Assembly: GCA_963742735.1 (NCBI GenBank)
Contig: CAVUMN010000004.1
Location: 1,312,001 to 1,376,000 of the forward strand
From: an uncultured Actinomycetes bacterium
GTDB lineage: Bacteria; Actinomycetota; UBA4738; JBBDTT01
Reading direction: 5' to 3'
DNA length: 64,000 bases
Shown one piece after another: positions 17,657-28,164 of the stretch. Under the pieces are notes generated by a model that worked only from the letters and a program-made list of their open reading frames with translations, had not been told where the DNA came from and searched no databases. How positions within the stretch are numbered: position 1 is the first letter of the stretch; the number at the start of each line of letters is the position of its first letter. The translations under genes and the position numbers were made by a program.

Positions 17657-19819
17657 CTAGTCCGACACGGCGCGGTTGACGGCGTCGCGGAACAGCTCCT
17701 GAAGTTGCAGCGCGTACGTGACCGACACGTGGCTGTCGTCGCGGTAGGCGATGGTGTTGCCGATGACCGTGGGGCACTGGTGCTGGTAGCAGAACCAACC
17801 CAGGGTGTTGAGGAACGTACCCCCGGCGGCCTCCGTGGCCCGGCCCACGTTTCGGTAGGTCCAGATCTGGTCCGCCGTTCGCGTCAGCGTGCACCCGGCG
17901 AGCGCGGCCTCCCGGTACAGGCAGTCGACCGGCTGCTGGCGATGGGCGGGGGGGTCCCCGATCACGACGACGTTCGGCGCCAGGGGCGCCATCGCCGCGA
18001 CCAGGTCGCGCGTCCCCGTGACGTTGGCGCGCACCTGCTCGGGGTTCGACAGCAGGAACTGGCCGCCGATCAGGACGACGTCGGGCTCCAGGTCGCGGAC
18101 CTGCTGCACGGACCAGTCGACGAACGAGCGGCACTCCACCGCGTAGTGCGACGGCCCGCACCCCAGCTCCACGAGCGGCAGCACCCGCCATCCGTCCCGC
18201 GCGGCCATCCGCAGGATCGGCGGCATCCAGTGCCGGGCGTGCGAGTCGCCGAACACGACCATCGTCCGGGTGGCCGTCTTCGGACCCAGGCGGCAGATCC
18301 GCGGGCTGCTGGGCTCGCCGTTCTCTGCGAAGCAGTCCTCGCTCGGGAAGTGGTAGTTGTCGCCCAGGAGCCGGTTGAGCGGCGGCGCGAGCGATTCGGG
18401 GATGGCGTCGCCCCGGCGGGCGGCCTCCACCGCCGCGACGACCTCGGGGAGGACCCGGGCCACCGCGGGGTCACCGGGCGTCGGCGAATACGGGGTGACC
18501 GTGGGGAGCGGGCCCGTCGTCCCGCCCAGGGCCCCGATCGAAACGAGGCCGAGCGCCGCCACGATCAGGACGAGCCCCACCGAGGCCCCCCACAGCAACG
18601 CGCTCGTTCGGATCGGGCGGGCCAGCTTCGTCCGGCGGATGGGGTTCTCGATCCAGCCGTAGCTGGCGATCGACACCGCGAACGCTCCCGCGAGCAAGAG
18701 CAGGTTGGTGCCGAGCGGCAGGTCGCGGCCGACGGCGAAGGCGGCGATGGTCAGCGCCGGCCAGTGCCACAGATAGAAGGCGTACGAGCGGTCGCCGACG
18801 TAGCGAAGCGGGGCGCGCCCGAGCCATCCACCGACGCCCCCCCGGGACCTCTCGTTGCCGATGCCCGCGGCGATGACCATGGCGGTGCCAACCGTGGGCA
18901 GCAGCGCCGCGTACCCGGGGAACAACGTCGTCGAGGAGAACAGGACCGCCGCGCCGACGATGGCGAGGGCTCCGGCCCACCCCATCAGCGCCCGGGTCCG
19001 GTCGGACAGATGCAGGAAGCGCGCCGCGCCGATGGCCAGCCCGGCGCCGAGGGCGAGCTCCCAGACCCTGGCCATCGTCGAGAAGTAGGCGGCCGCCGGC
19101 GTCCGCGGCGTGGAGTAGAGGGACCACGCCAGCGACGCGATGCCGGCGACGGAGATGACCGCCGCCAGCCGCCGGACGTTCAGGCTCCCGCCAGGGTCCA
19201 CCTCGCCGTCGCGGCGTCCGCGGCGGAGAGCGATCCCGACGAGGACCAGTGAGAGCACGACCGGCCACGCCAGGTAGAACTGCTCCTCGACGGCGAGCGA
19301 CCAGTAGTGCTGGACGGGCGACGCGGGATCTCCCTGGGCGAAGTAGTCGACGCCCTGGCGCGCGAACTGCAGGTTCGCTGCGAAGAAGGCGGCCCACACG
19401 CCGTCGACGATCGCCTGCTCGGCCCGTACGACGTTCATCAGGAAGCGGGCGGCGATCGCGGTGACGATCAACGTGAGCGCGGCGGCGGGGAGGATCCGCT
19501 TGGCCCGTCGCGCGTAGAACCGGCTCAGCGAGACCCGCGAGGTCCTCCCCGCCTCCTCGAGCATGAGCCGGGTGATCAGGAACCCGGAGAGCACGAAGAA
19601 GACGTCGACGCCGATGAAACCGCCCTGCAGGAACGACACCCCGGCGTGCCCCAGCACGACCAGCAGCACGGCGACGGCGCGCAGGCCCTGGATGTCGAGG
19701 CGGTGCCCGAGGACTCCCGCGGTCGGGCCTCCGTCCGCCGGGATACGGTCGCTCGCCGGCCGAACCGCATCGGTGAGTGGAGGACGCGGCGGGGGGACGG
19801 GGGCCGACGTCGATCGCAC
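17657..19819 (-). CDS. OafA/OatA-type O-acyltransferase (Acyl_transf_3 plus SGNH domain)
   Basis: DIQGLRAVAV, GVDVFFVLSGFLIT, HYWSLAVEEQFY, FGDSHA, YRDDSH. Confidence 0.92.
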   Translation of the reverse strand: MRSTSAPVPPPRPPLTDAVRPASDRIPADGGPTAGVLGHRLDIQGLRAVAVLLVVLGHAGVSFLQGGFIGVDVFFVLSGFLITRLMLEEAGRTSRVSLSRFYARRAKRILPAAALTLIVTAIAARFLMNVVRAEQAIVDGVWAAFFAANLQFARQGVDYFAQGDPASPVQHYWSLAVEEQFYLAWPVVLSLVLVGIALRRGRRDGEVDPGGSLNVRRLAAVISVAGIASLAWSLYSTPRTPAAAYFSTMARVWELALGAGLAIGAARFLHLSDRTRALMGWAGALAIVGAAVLFSSTTLFPGYAALLPTVGTAMVIAAGIGNERSRGGVGGWLGRAPLRYVGDRSYAFYLWHWPALTIAAFAVGRDLPLGTNLLLLAGAFAVSIASYGWIENPIRRTKLARPIRTSALLWGASVGLVLIVAALGLVSIGALGGTTGPLPTVTPYSPTPGDPAVARVLPEVVAAVEAARRGDAIPESLAPPLNRLLGDNYHFPSEDCFAENGEPSSPRICRLGPKTATRTMVVFGDSHARHWMPPILRMAARDGWRVLPLVELGCGPSHYAVECRSFVDWSVQQVRDLEPDVVLIGGQFLLSNPEQVRANVTGTRDLVAAMAPLAPNVVVIGDPPAHRQQPVDCLYREAALAGCTLTRTADQIWTYRNVGRATEAAGGTFLNTLGWFCYQHQCPTVIGNTIAYRDDSHVSVTYALQLQELFRDAVNRAVSD

Positions 19820-19858
19820 GGCGTCCAGGGTAGCGCGTGGACGCGGCGCTCCGGCGCC

Positions 19859-20713
19859 CTAGGCGGGCTTCTCGCTGGCCGGAGCCCGCCGGCGGCGCGT
19901 GCGCGCCGTCTCGATGTGCCGCACGTTCCCGGGCTCCCGGCGGGCGAGCCGGACGACGACCTCGTGGATCAGCTCGGGCGAGACCAGGAGCGACATGTGG
20001 CCCAGGTCGCGGATCTCGACGTTCTCGGTGTCGAGGCCGGGCACCTCCAGGCGGCCGGAGCTGGCCGGGATGGTGAACGCGTCCAGGTTCGAGGAGAACG
20101 AGACCCACCGCACCCCGGCGCCGCGGCCCGGGCGGTTCAGCTGGCGCAGCAGGCGCGAGCCGGGCCGGAGCTGGCGCGCCACCCGGCTCGGGAAGGCGTA
20201 CGCGGCGTACGTGCCCCGGTGGGGGGTGCCGAGGGTCATCACCGTGTCCACGCGGTCGGCGCCGCCGAGCACCTGCACGTAGTACCGGGCGACGATGCCT
20301 CCCAGGCTGTGGCCGACCAGGTGCACCCGGTCCGCGCCGGTCGCCGCGAGCACCTCGTCCACGCGCTCGGCCAGCCGGGCGGCCATCGAGGGGACGTCCC
20401 GGCTGATCGCGGACAGGTTCACGTCGTAGAGGTGGGCGAACCCCACCCGGCGCAGCGCCCGGCGCATCACGAAGAAGCCGCTGCGGTTGTGGAGGTACCC
20501 GTGAACCATGAGGATCGGGGTCCCCCGGACCTCGCAATCCATGTCGATGGGGAGGGGGCGGTGGTGCCGGAGCCACCGCTCGGTCATGCGCTCGGAGGCC
20601 GACCCGGCCAGGAACCCCACTGGGTACAGGGCCACGTCCATCCCGAACCAGCACACCTCGCGGACCGCGCCGAGCACGGTGGCCGTCCGCCGGAGCACGG
20701 TTTTGTCACTCAT
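19859..20713 (-). CDS. Lipase/esterase (alpha/beta hydrolase)
   Basis: LMVHG, VGHSLGG, TLGTPHRGT, GHMSLL. Start may be 20713 or 20749. Confidence 0.88.
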   Translation of the reverse strand: MSDKTVLRRTATVLGAVREVCWFGMDVALYPVGFLAGSASERMTERWLRHHRPLPIDMDCEVRGTPILMVHGYLHNRSGFFVMRRALRRVGFAHLYDVNLSAISRDVPSMAARLAERVDEVLAATGADRVHLVGHSLGGIVARYYVQVLGGADRVDTVMTLGTPHRGTYAAYAFPSRVARQLRPGSRLLRQLNRPGRGAGVRWVSFSSNLDAFTIPASSGRLEVPGLDTENVEIRDLGHMSLLVSPELIHEVVVRLARREPGNVRHIETARTRRRRAPASEKPA

Positions 20714-20755
20714 GCCGGGGGGCGTGTACCCAAATGGAAACCAACGCAACCAGGG

Positions 20756-20777
20756 TGAATTACAAGATTGTAATTCA
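20756..20777. promoter_or_regulatory. AT-rich perfect inverted repeat (probable operator)
   Basis: TGAATTACAA-GA-TTGTAATTCA upstream of the lipase gene. Confidence 0.6.
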
Positions 20778-20809
20778 GGACTCGGCCGGACACCAGCCCG
20801 ATCGGGGTG

Positions 20810-20986
20810 TCAGAAGAGGCCGGTTCGGCTGAGGGCGAGGATGCCCGCGACGAGCAGGATCGCCCCGACCACGACCGAGGCGATCACCCAGTGGATTCCG
20901 AGGCGGCCGCGGAACGGCCCGAGGGGCCCGATCCGCGAGCCCTCACGCACCCACGGACCCCGCACACGCACGCGCTTGCCGGCCAT
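20810..20986 (-). CDS. Small single-pass membrane protein (58 aa)
   Basis: MAGKRVRVRG...IHWVIASVVVGAILLVAGILALSRTGLF; TAGACT 8 nt upstream of the ATG. Confidence 0.6.
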   Translation of the reverse strand: MAGKRVRVRGPWVREGSRIGPLGPFRGRLGIHWVIASVVVGAILLVAGILALSRTGLF

Positions 20987-21046
20987 CGGGGCCGAGTCTA
21001 GCGGCGCGACCTGCGCCGGGAGGCTTCGGATAGAGTCCGGACCCTG

Positions 21047-21457
21047 ATGCCGGACACCCCGCGGATCATCGTCGCCAAGCCCGGCCTGGACGGCCACGAC
21101 CGGGGCGCCAAGGTCGTCGCCCGGGCCCTTCGCGACGCCGGAATGGAGGTCATCTACACCGGCCTGCACCAGACCCCCGAGCAGATCGTGGAGACCGCGA
21201 TCCAGGAGGACGCCGACGCCGTGGGGCTCTCGATCCATTCCGGCGCCCACATGACGCTGTTCCCGAAGGTCGTGGCGCTTCTGCGCGAGCGCGGCGCCGG
21301 GGACGTGCTCGTGTTCGGGGGCGGCATCATCCCCAAGGAGGACATCGCCCCCCTCCGCGAGGCCGGGATCGAGCAGATCTTCACGCCGGGGGCGCCCACC
21401 ACCGAGATCGTCGGATGGCTGCGCGAGCGCCTCGCCAAGCGGGCCCCGGCGGGCTGA
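21047..21457 (+). CDS. Cobalamin-binding small subunit of methylmalonyl-CoA mutase
   Basis: [29 protein letters not shown]. Confidence 0.93.
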   Translation: MPDTPRIIVAKPGLDGHDRGAKVVARALRDAGMEVIYTGLHQTPEQIVETAIQEDADAVGLSIHSGAHMTLFPKVVALLRERGAGDVLVFGGGIIPKEDIAPLREAGIEQIFTPGAPTTEIVGWLRERLAKRAPAG

Positions 21458-21479
21458 CCCGAGACAGAAAGCGAGCGAG

Positions 21480-22628
21480 ATGGACCTGTACGAACACCAG
21501 GGGAAGGAGCTGTTCGCGGCGTTCGGCATCCCCGTCCCACAGGGTCGGGTGGCCACGACCGCGGCGGAGGCCAGGGCCCTGGCCGAGAGCTTCGGGGGCA
21601 CGGCGGCGGTCAAGGTCCAGGTGCAGTCGGGCAAGCGCGGCAAGGGGGGCGGGATCGTGCTCGCCAAGAGCCCCGAGGAGGCCGAGGAGGCCGCCGCCCG
21701 GCTGTTCGCGGAGGGCTTCCAGGGGACCCCGGTGGACCGGGTGCTCGTTGAGCCGCTGGCCGACCTGAAGCAGGAGTTCTACGCGGCGATCACGCTCGAC
21801 CGGGCGTCGCGCAAGTACGTGGCGATGGCCTCCTCGGTCGGAGGGATGGACATCGAGGAGATCGCGGTCTCTCAGCCCGAGGCGCTGCGCCGGGCGGGCG
21901 TCGACCCGATCCTGGGCCTGACGTCCTTCCAGGCGCGATGGCTGGTCGGGCACTTCCCCGAGGAAGCTCGCAAGGGCACCGCCGAGATCCTCGCGAAGAT
22001 GTGGGACGTCCTGGTCGGGGCCGACGCCACGCTCGTCGAGCTGAATCCTCTGGTCCTGCTCGCGGACGGCACCGTCATGGCCCTCGACGCGAAGGTCACC
22101 CTCGACGACAACGCGCTCTTCCGCCACCCGGACCTCGCCGCCTACGGGGAGGCCTTCCCGGTCGACCCGACCCAGGCGAAGGCGAACGAGAAGGGCCTGC
22201 AGTACGTGAAGCTCGACGGCGAGGTCGGGATCATCGGCAACGGCGCCGGGCTGGTCATGGCCACCCTGGACGTGGTCCAGCAGGCAGGGGGCAAGGCGGC
22301 GAACTTCCTGGACGTCGGCGGCGGCGCGAGCGCGGACGTCATGGCCACCTCGCTCGAGGTCGTGCTGGGCGATCCCGCCGTGCGCTCGGTGTTCGTGAAC
22401 ATCTTCGGAGGCATCACCCGGTGCGACGAGGTGGCCAGGGGCATCCTGGAGGCGCTCGGGCGGATGGAGGCCCGGGTCCCGATCGTGGTGCGGCTGGACG
22501 GGACGAACGCCGAGGAGGGCCGGGCGATCCTGGCCGAGGCCGCCCACGAGCGCATCGTTCCCGCCGCGACCATGCTCGAGGCCGCCCAGAAGGCCGTGGA
22601 GCTTGCCCGCGAGGGGGCGAGCGCCTGA
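21480..22628 (+). CDS. sucC: Succinyl-CoA ligase beta subunit
   Basis: [44 protein letters not shown]. Confidence 0.97.
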   Translation: MDLYEHQGKELFAAFGIPVPQGRVATTAAEARALAESFGGTAAVKVQVQSGKRGKGGGIVLAKSPEEAEEAAARLFAEGFQGTPVDRVLVEPLADLKQEFYAAITLDRASRKYVAMASSVGGMDIEEIAVSQPEALRRAGVDPILGLTSFQARWLVGHFPEEARKGTAEILAKMWDVLVGADATLVELNPLVLLADGTVMALDAKVTLDDNALFRHPDLAAYGEAFPVDPTQAKANEKGLQYVKLDGEVGIIGNGAGLVMATLDVVQQAGGKAANFLDVGGGASADVMATSLEVVLGDPAVRSVFVNIFGGITRCDEVARGILEALGRMEARVPIVVRLDGTNAEEGRAILAEAAHERIVPAATMLEAAQKAVELAREGASA

Positions 22629-23497
22629 TGGCCGCCCTCGTCGACCGGGACACCCGGGTCGTCGTCCAGGGGATCACCGGCGGCCAGGGCTCGTTCCACG
22701 CGCTGCGCAACAAGGCCTACGGGACCCAGGTCGTCGCCGGCGTGACCCCGGGCAAGGCCGGGGAGTCCGTGGACGGCATCCCGGTCTTCGACACCGTTCG
22801 CGACGCGGTGGCCGAGACCGCCGCGAACACCTCGCTGATCTTCGTGCCGGCGAGGTTCGCGGCGGACGCGGTGTTCGAGGCCGCGGACGCCGGCGTCCCC
22901 CTCATCGTGTGCATCACCGAGGGCATCCCCGTGATGGACATGGCCCGGGTCTACAACTACCTCCGGGGCAAGGGGCACATCCTGGTCGGCCCGAACTGTC
23001 CCGGGGTGATCTCCCCGGGCAAGGCCAACGTCGGGATCATCCCCTGGGAGATCTGCTCCGAGGGCAACGTCGGGCTCGTCTCGCGGTCGGGGACGCTCAC
23101 CTACCAGGTGGTCAACGAGCTGACCCGCAAGGGCATCGGGCAGTCCACGTGCATCGGCATCGGGGGCGACCCGATCATCGGCACGGGGTTCGTAGACGCG
23201 CTGAAGGCCTTCGAGGAGGACCCGGAGACGACGGCCATCGCCCTGATCGGGGAGATCGGCGGCTCGGACGAGGAGACGGCGGCGGAGTACATCCGCGACC
23301 ACGTGACGAAGCCGGTCGTCGCCTACGTGGCCGGACGGACGGCGCCCCCGGGCAAGCGGATGGGCCACGCCGGCGCGATCATCACCGGCTCGTCGGGCAC
23401 CGCGCAGGCGAAGGCCGAGGCGTTCAACGCCGTCGGCGTCCAGGTCGGGATCAACCCGAGCGAGGTCGCCGACCTGATCGAGGGGACGTTGCGATGA
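22628..23497 (+). CDS. sucD: Succinyl-CoA ligase alpha subunit
   Basis: [35 protein letters not shown]; TGATG overlap. Confidence 0.97.
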   Translation: MAALVDRDTRVVVQGITGGQGSFHALRNKAYGTQVVAGVTPGKAGESVDGIPVFDTVRDAVAETAANTSLIFVPARFAADAVFEAADAGVPLIVCITEGIPVMDMARVYNYLRGKGHILVGPNCPGVISPGKANVGIIPWEICSEGNVGLVSRSGTLTYQVVNELTRKGIGQSTCIGIGGDPIIGTGFVDALKAFEEDPETTAIALIGEIGGSDEETAAEYIRDHVTKPVVAYVAGRTAPPGKRMGHAGAIITGSSGTAQAKAEAFNAVGVQVGINPSEVADLIEGTLR

Positions 23498-25155
23498 GGT
23501 GTCCGAACTGCGGCCAGGACAACGCCGAAGGGGTCCGCTTCTGCGGCAACTGCGGCACGGCGCTCGTGGCGGGGGCGGAGGACACAGCCGTCCTTCCCCC
23601 GGCGGCCACCGAACCTCCGGCCTCTCCACCGGTGTCGGGACCCCCGCCTCCAACGCCGCCGGCACCACCGTTGTACGGCGCCACGGTGCGCCCCGAGGAC
23701 GCCCCGGCCCCGCCGCCGCCGCCGCCCAGCAAGGTCGCCGAGGCCCTCACCACCGGCTGGGGCCGCGCCGTGGGCTCCGCGGCGCTGACCTTCCTGATCA
23801 TGGTCCTCATGGGCCAGGGACTGGCGGCGCTCGTCTACGTCTCCGGCAGCGATGGGCTGGGGATCGGCGACGTGATGAAGGGCGGCGGCCTGCTGACGTT
23901 CTCCTTCCACCGCGTGGGGATGCACGCCGAGTTCCCGCCGTTCAGCCCTCCGGGACTGACGGACTCGGGCCTCGACGGGTTGCCCCAGGTCGGCGGAGGG
24001 CTCTCGCTGGCGTTCACGGTCGCCTTCGCGCTGCTGCTGGGCACCATCGTGCTCGTGTGGCTGCTGCATCGGGCCGGGCGGGCCCTGGGGGACCAGGTCC
24101 TCGGCGGGTCGGCGTGGGCGCGGGGGCTTGCGGGGGCGAAGGTCGCGCTGCCGTACGCCGCGATCGCCGGGGTCGCCGCGCTGGTCCTTGCGGCCTTCCC
24201 GATGTCGCTCCCCGTCCCGGTGATCCCGGGCTTGACCGCCGGCGGCAACGTCGAGCTGGCGCCCTCGGTGGTCGCCGCGTTCGTGTGGCCGCTCGTGCTG
24301 GGGCTCCTCGCGGGGTTCGCCGGGGGCGTGTCCAGCGCGTCGAGGGCGGGCTGGGAGGCGCCGTCCACGGACCGGTTCGTGGTCGGCGCGCTCCGCGGAG
24401 GCGTCGTCGGCGTCGGGTTCGCGGTGCTCCTGGCCTTCGTGGGGGTTCAGGTCGTGGCCTTCCTCCATCCCGACGTCGCCTTCCCCTTCAGCCCGCAGTT
24501 CTTCACCGACGCGTTCGCGCAGGACCGGGGCGTCGCGGGGGTCTCCACGGTGGTGTTCGCCCTGTTCCTCGCGCCGAACATGGGCGGGCTGGTCCTGGCG
24601 CCATCGATGCTCTCCTCGCTCGGGTTCCACGTCGAGGGCACGTCGATCACGCTGCTCTCGCTGTTCGAGTTCCCCGTCGGGTTGAACCCCGAGGCGCTCG
24701 CCGGGCTGTCGGGAATCGGGGTTCCGGGGATCGGGGGCGGAGAGATCGTGGAAACGCAGGTCGCGCCGTGGCCGTACTGGTTGTTCCTGCTGGTCCCCCT
24801 GGTGGCGACGTGGCTCGGTGGGCGGGCCGCGGCGCGCCGGGCGCAGGCCGGGACGGCCGGGGAGGGAGCCGCGGCCGGCGCCCTGGCGGGGCTGGTGTTC
24901 GCCGGCCTGGCCTTCCTGGTCGTCGTGCTCTCCGGGGTCGGGATGCGCTTCGAGATCGGGGGGATTTCCCAGGCCGGGGTGGGGCACTTCGGCGGCGACT
25001 ACCTGACGACCGGTCTCCTTGCGGTGCTGTGGGGCCTGGTGGGGGGGACGCTCGGCGGGCTGGTGGGCGTCAACGAGCGCCCGGCGGTGGCCGCGCCCGA
25101 GGGCGCGACCTACGGCTTCGGGGGCCGGCCGGAGCCCCCTCCGCCCCCCGTCTAG
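23494..25155 (+). CDS. Zinc-ribbon, Pro-rich, polytopic membrane protein
   Basis: [10 protein letters not shown]...FCGNCG, Pro-rich linker, about 10 hydrophobic segments; ATGA overlap with sucD. Confidence 0.8.
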   Translation: MRCPNCGQDNAEGVRFCGNCGTALVAGAEDTAVLPPAATEPPASPPVSGPPPPTPPAPPLYGATVRPEDAPAPPPPPPSKVAEALTTGWGRAVGSAALTFLIMVLMGQGLAALVYVSGSDGLGIGDVMKGGGLLTFSFHRVGMHAEFPPFSPPGLTDSGLDGLPQVGGGLSLAFTVAFALLLGTIVLVWLLHRAGRALGDQVLGGSAWARGLAGAKVALPYAAIAGVAALVLAAFPMSLPVPVIPGLTAGGNVELAPSVVAAFVWPLVLGLLAGFAGGVSSASRAGWEAPSTDRFVVGALRGGVVGVGFAVLLAFVGVQVVAFLHPDVAFPFSPQFFTDAFAQDRGVAGVSTVVFALFLAPNMGGLVLAPSMLSSLGFHVEGTSITLLSLFEFPVGLNPEALAGLSGIGVPGIGGGEIVETQVAPWPYWLFLLVPLVATWLGGRAAARRAQAGTAGEGAAAGALAGLVFAGLAFLVVVLSGVGMRFEIGGISQAGVGHFGGDYLTTGLLAVLWGLVGGTLGGLVGVNERPAVAAPEGATYGFGGRPEPPPPPV

Positions 25156-25165
25156 CGGCGCCGCA

Positions 25166-25208
25166 ACGAGAACGGGCCCGGGGGATCGCCCCCCCGGGCC
25201 CGTTTCGT
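25166..25208. terminator. Bidirectional terminator hairpin between convergent genes
   Basis: ACGA-g-AACGGGCCCGGGGG...CCCCCGGGCCCGTT-TCGT. Confidence 0.75.
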
Positions 25209-25220
25209 GTGGTGCCGGTC

Positions 25221-25742
25221 CTAGCCGGTGAACCCGCCGCTCGGCGGAGGCGGGGGAGGCGCGGCTCCGGGCGGCGGCGCCGGCGGCGCGGCCGCGGAGG
25301 GTCCGGCCTTCATCTCCTGGAAGGCCATGTACCCGCCGTACGCGACGGCGAGGGACAGCACGAGCCCGATCCAGGCCATGATCCCCACGCTCACGCCCGG
25401 GATCGGCTTGATCAGGACGCGCAGCAGCGTGAAGGCCACCAGGCCCAGTGACGCCCCGAGCACGATCGTGCCCGTGGGCAGGGTCGGCGGCATCTGGACG
25501 CCGAGGATCCGCATCACGGTCATCGCCAGGATCACGAGCGCAAGGAGGCCGGCGAGGACGCCGATCCCACTCCAGAGCGTGAACGCGCATCCGCCTCCGA
25601 CTGACCCCACGCCCGGGATGTCGACCCCGGGGACGCAGTTCCAGGCGAAGAAGGAGACGATCAGGTACAGCAGGGTGGCGCCACCGATGACCTTGGTCGC
25701 GGTGGAGAGCTTCGACACATCGAACCCTGAGCTCTGGGCCAT
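25221..25742 (-). CDS. 4-TM membrane protein with Pro-rich C-terminal tail
   Basis: AAAGGAG RBS, four hydrophobic segments, PPAPPPGAAPPPPPP tail. Confidence 0.8.
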   Translation of the reverse strand: MAQSSGFDVSKLSTATKVIGGATLLYLIVSFFAWNCVPGVDIPGVGSVGGGCAFTLWSGIGVLAGLLALVILAMTVMRILGVQMPPTLPTGTIVLGASLGLVAFTLLRVLIKPIPGVSVGIMAWIGLVLSLAVAYGGYMAFQEMKAGPSAAAPPAPPPGAAPPPPPPSGGFTG

Positions 25743-25819
25743 GGTCCGCTTGCTCCTTTCGATTCCCCGGCGGCCGTCGTCGGCTGCCCGGGCGATTCAA
25801 TCCCGCGCCCTGTGGCGAG

Positions 25820-26428
25820 TCAAGCGAGAGCGGGGTTCGTCCGATCTGACCGAAGCCGGGCCACGAGGGGGCCGGAGAGCGCCGCGACGAGTCCCGCGGC
25901 GATCGCGAGGAAGGGCACGACGCTCGGCCGGGTGAACGCGGGCGGGCGGGTGAGGGCCAGCAGCGACAGCGTGGTGACCAGCAGACCACCCGCGATCGCG
26001 ATGGCCGATCGGAGGCGCCGGCCCGCCTCGGCGGCCGGACGCGAGGTGAACCGCAGGGCGAGGAACGCGAGGATCGCGATCGGGCCGACCAGCGTCGAGT
26101 GACGGTACGGCGAGATCCCCCAGGCGCCGAACCACGAGGAGCTCACGCCGAAACGGGTCCACGGCAGCGCCGAGGCGATGACCACGAGCCCCAGGCACGC
26201 CAGGGCCACCCGGTCCTGGAGCGAGCGGCGGAGCGGTTCGGGGGCGGGGTCGGCCAGGGCCGGGGGGTCGGGAAGCACCGACGCGAGGCATTCGGATCCC
26301 ACCACCTGACCCCGGACGGGGATCGCGCACTCCAGACACAACCCCCGCCCGCACCCGTCGCACGGCGCGATGGTGGGGGAGCCGGGGTGGAGCTGGCAGC
26401 GCGAACGGATCGGCGCGGCCGTGTCCAT
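25820..26428 (-). CDS. B-box-like zinc-finger membrane protein
   Basis: CQLHP...CDGCGRGLCLEC...EC followed by about 4 TM segments; TAGACT 8 nt upstream. Confidence 0.72.
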   Translation of the reverse strand: MDTAAPIRSRCQLHPGSPTIAPCDGCGRGLCLECAIPVRGQVVGSECLASVLPDPPALADPAPEPLRRSLQDRVALACLGLVVIASALPWTRFGVSSSWFGAWGISPYRHSTLVGPIAILAFLALRFTSRPAAEAGRRLRSAIAIAGGLLVTTLSLLALTRPPAFTRPSVVPFLAIAAGLVAALSGPLVARLRSDRTNPALA

Positions 26429-26486
26429 CGCGGGCCAGTCTACGGCGGGTCCGGGCGGGGACCCGGAGCCCGGTATGGGTGCCGCC

Positions 26487-26888
26487 CTAGCGCTTGAACC
26501 AGGCGGCGGTGGTGACGAGCGCGTAGATGATGAAGCCGTAGAGGACAAGGTTGAGGATCGCCACCGGAGTTTGGGTAACCGCGAGGAGCGAAAGCAACGC
26601 ACCGATCCCGGCGACTACGAGTCCGAGCATCCGGCCCTGTTCTCTGCCGCCCATGACCTGGACGCCCGCGTAGATGGCGGCACCACCCAAGCCGATGTAA
26701 AGGATGCCGATGATGGTGAACATGGAGGAGACGCCGCTCAAGGTCAGCAGCAGCAGGGCCCCGAGGAGCGTCAGGCCGCCAACGACGTAGAGCGAAACGG
26801 CCGCTGCGGTGACCAGCGGCGGGCGGGCGCCGGCGGGGGCGGGTGGGCCTGCTTCGGGGGGCGGAGGTGGGACCTGGCTCATCGACAT
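26487..26888 (-). CDS. Small 4-TM membrane protein with Pro-rich N-terminus
   Basis: Hydrophobicity pattern; AAAGGGG upstream. Confidence 0.75.
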   Translation of the reverse strand: MSMSQVPPPPPEAGPPAPAGARPPLVTAAAVSLYVVGGLTLLGALLLLTLSGVSSMFTIIGILYIGLGGAAIYAGVQVMGGREQGRMLGLVVAGIGALLSLLAVTQTPVAILNLVLYGFIIYALVTTAAWFKR

Positions 26889-26942
26889 TCCCCTTTCGGG
26901 CGCTCGGTCACGAGGATCGGCCGAGTCTATCCCGTCCGTTGC

Positions 26943-27563
26943 TCAGTCGAAGGGAATACCGGGATTGGAGGGAAAGTCAGGGTTCGAGGCGACGATCGCG
27001 GCGACGATGATCGTGATGACCAGCACCCCCACGCCGATCCAGCCGAGCACGATCCCCGCGATGGCCATGCCCCGGCCGTCCTCCCTGCCTCCCGAGCGGT
27101 CGATCTGGCCGAGGGCCAGGTAGCCGAACACCAGGGCGAGGACCGACCCGATCCAGTAGATCCACACGATCCCCAGGACCATCGAGGCGATGGCCATCCC
27201 GTTCGTCCGCTGCGCCACGTACATTCCCGGCGGCACCGCGCCGGGCTGGGTGGGGACCGCGACCGCCCGCGTCTCGACCACCCGGTACTGACCCCACGCC
27301 CGCTCCCACCCCGCCGGCGTGCGCTCGAACCGCCAGGTCGGCTGGTCGGGCTTGGCCCGGTCCCAGATCCCGTAGTGATCCGCGCCGTAGCCGAGCACGT
27401 AGCGCTGCCCCGTGTGGGTGAACACCGGCGCGGCCTCGGGCGCCGGCGCCGGTCCCTGGGCGGCGGCCCCCCGCCCGGCGCCGGCCGTCAGATCGCTGCC
27501 GCAGTACCGGCACTTGATGGCCTCGTCCTGGATCTCCTCGGCGCAGTACGGGCACCGTTTCAT
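26943..27563 (-). CDS. Zinc-ribbon plus DUF4190-like membrane protein
   Basis: [21 protein letters not shown]; [13 protein letters not shown]...[12 protein letters not shown]; GAGGAGG RBS. Confidence 0.85.
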   Translation of the reverse strand: MKRCPYCAEEIQDEAIKCRYCGSDLTAGAGRGAAAQGPAPAPEAAPVFTHTGQRYVLGYGADHYGIWDRAKPDQPTWRFERTPAGWERAWGQYRVVETRAVAVPTQPGAVPPGMYVAQRTNGMAIASMVLGIVWIYWIGSVLALVFGYLALGQIDRSGGREDGRGMAIAGIVLGWIGVGVLVITIIVAAIVASNPDFPSNPGIPFD

Positions 27564-27573
27564 CGCGACCTCC

Positions 27574-28068
27574 TCATCCGAACGCGGGTCCCGGAGGAGG
27601 CGGGGGCCGGCTGCCCTCGCGGACGAGCCATCCGGCGCCGATGCCGCCCACGACGGCTCCGGCCGCCGCGATCAGCAGCCCGGCCCCGATCCGGACGTCG
27701 AGGGGTCCCGCCCCGACGATCGATCGTGGCGCGGCCACGGCGACCAGGAGCACGCCGAGCGCCGCGATCGCCGCGGCGCCCCCCAGTCGGCCGATCCCCC
27801 GGCGATCGATCGTCGGCGAGGCCAGGATCACGACCCCCGCGGCCCCCATCGCCAGCGCGAGTGCCAGCACGACCCATCCCGGCCACTCGGACAGGCCTCG
27901 GACCGGCGTGGTGAGGTCGAAGCCGATCCTGGTCGCGCTGGGAAGCCCCACGCGCCACCAGGGCAGGAGGGACGCCACGGCGAGGGTTCCGGCGCCGGCG
28001 ATCAGGAGGATCCCCCCCGTGGAGCCGTGGGCGGGGGGCGAGGATGGGGGGCCGGGCAGAGACGCCAT
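27574..28068 (-). CDS. Hypothetical 4-TM membrane protein
   Basis: MASLPGPP...LLPWW...; TACACT 8 nt upstream of the ATG. Confidence 0.65.
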   Translation of the reverse strand: MASLPGPPSSPPAHGSTGGILLIAGAGTLAVASLLPWWRVGLPSATRIGFDLTTPVRGLSEWPGWVVLALALAMGAAGVVILASPTIDRRGIGRLGGAAAIAALGVLLVAVAAPRSIVGAGPLDVRIGAGLLIAAAGAVVGGIGAGWLVREGSRPPPPPGPAFG

Positions 28069-28126
28069 GGCTCGGCAGTGTAGGGAGCGCCCGGCGACGC
28101 GGGCAAGGTCGTCACACGGCGGGGAA

Positions 28127-28156
28127 TTGACAGCGCCCGCCGCGCGTCCGTAGCGT
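28127..28156 (+). promoter_or_regulatory. Promoter for a probably leaderless purN operon
   Basis: TTGACA, 18-nt spacer, TAGCGT ending 8 nt before GTG 28165; no RBS. Confidence 0.6.
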
Positions 28157-28164
28157 CGCCCACC

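Noticed and set aside
28069-28164. ZTP (pfl) riboswitch before purN/purH
   Set aside because: The conserved riboswitch motifs were not recognised, and the promoter ends 8 nt from the start codon, leaving no leader.
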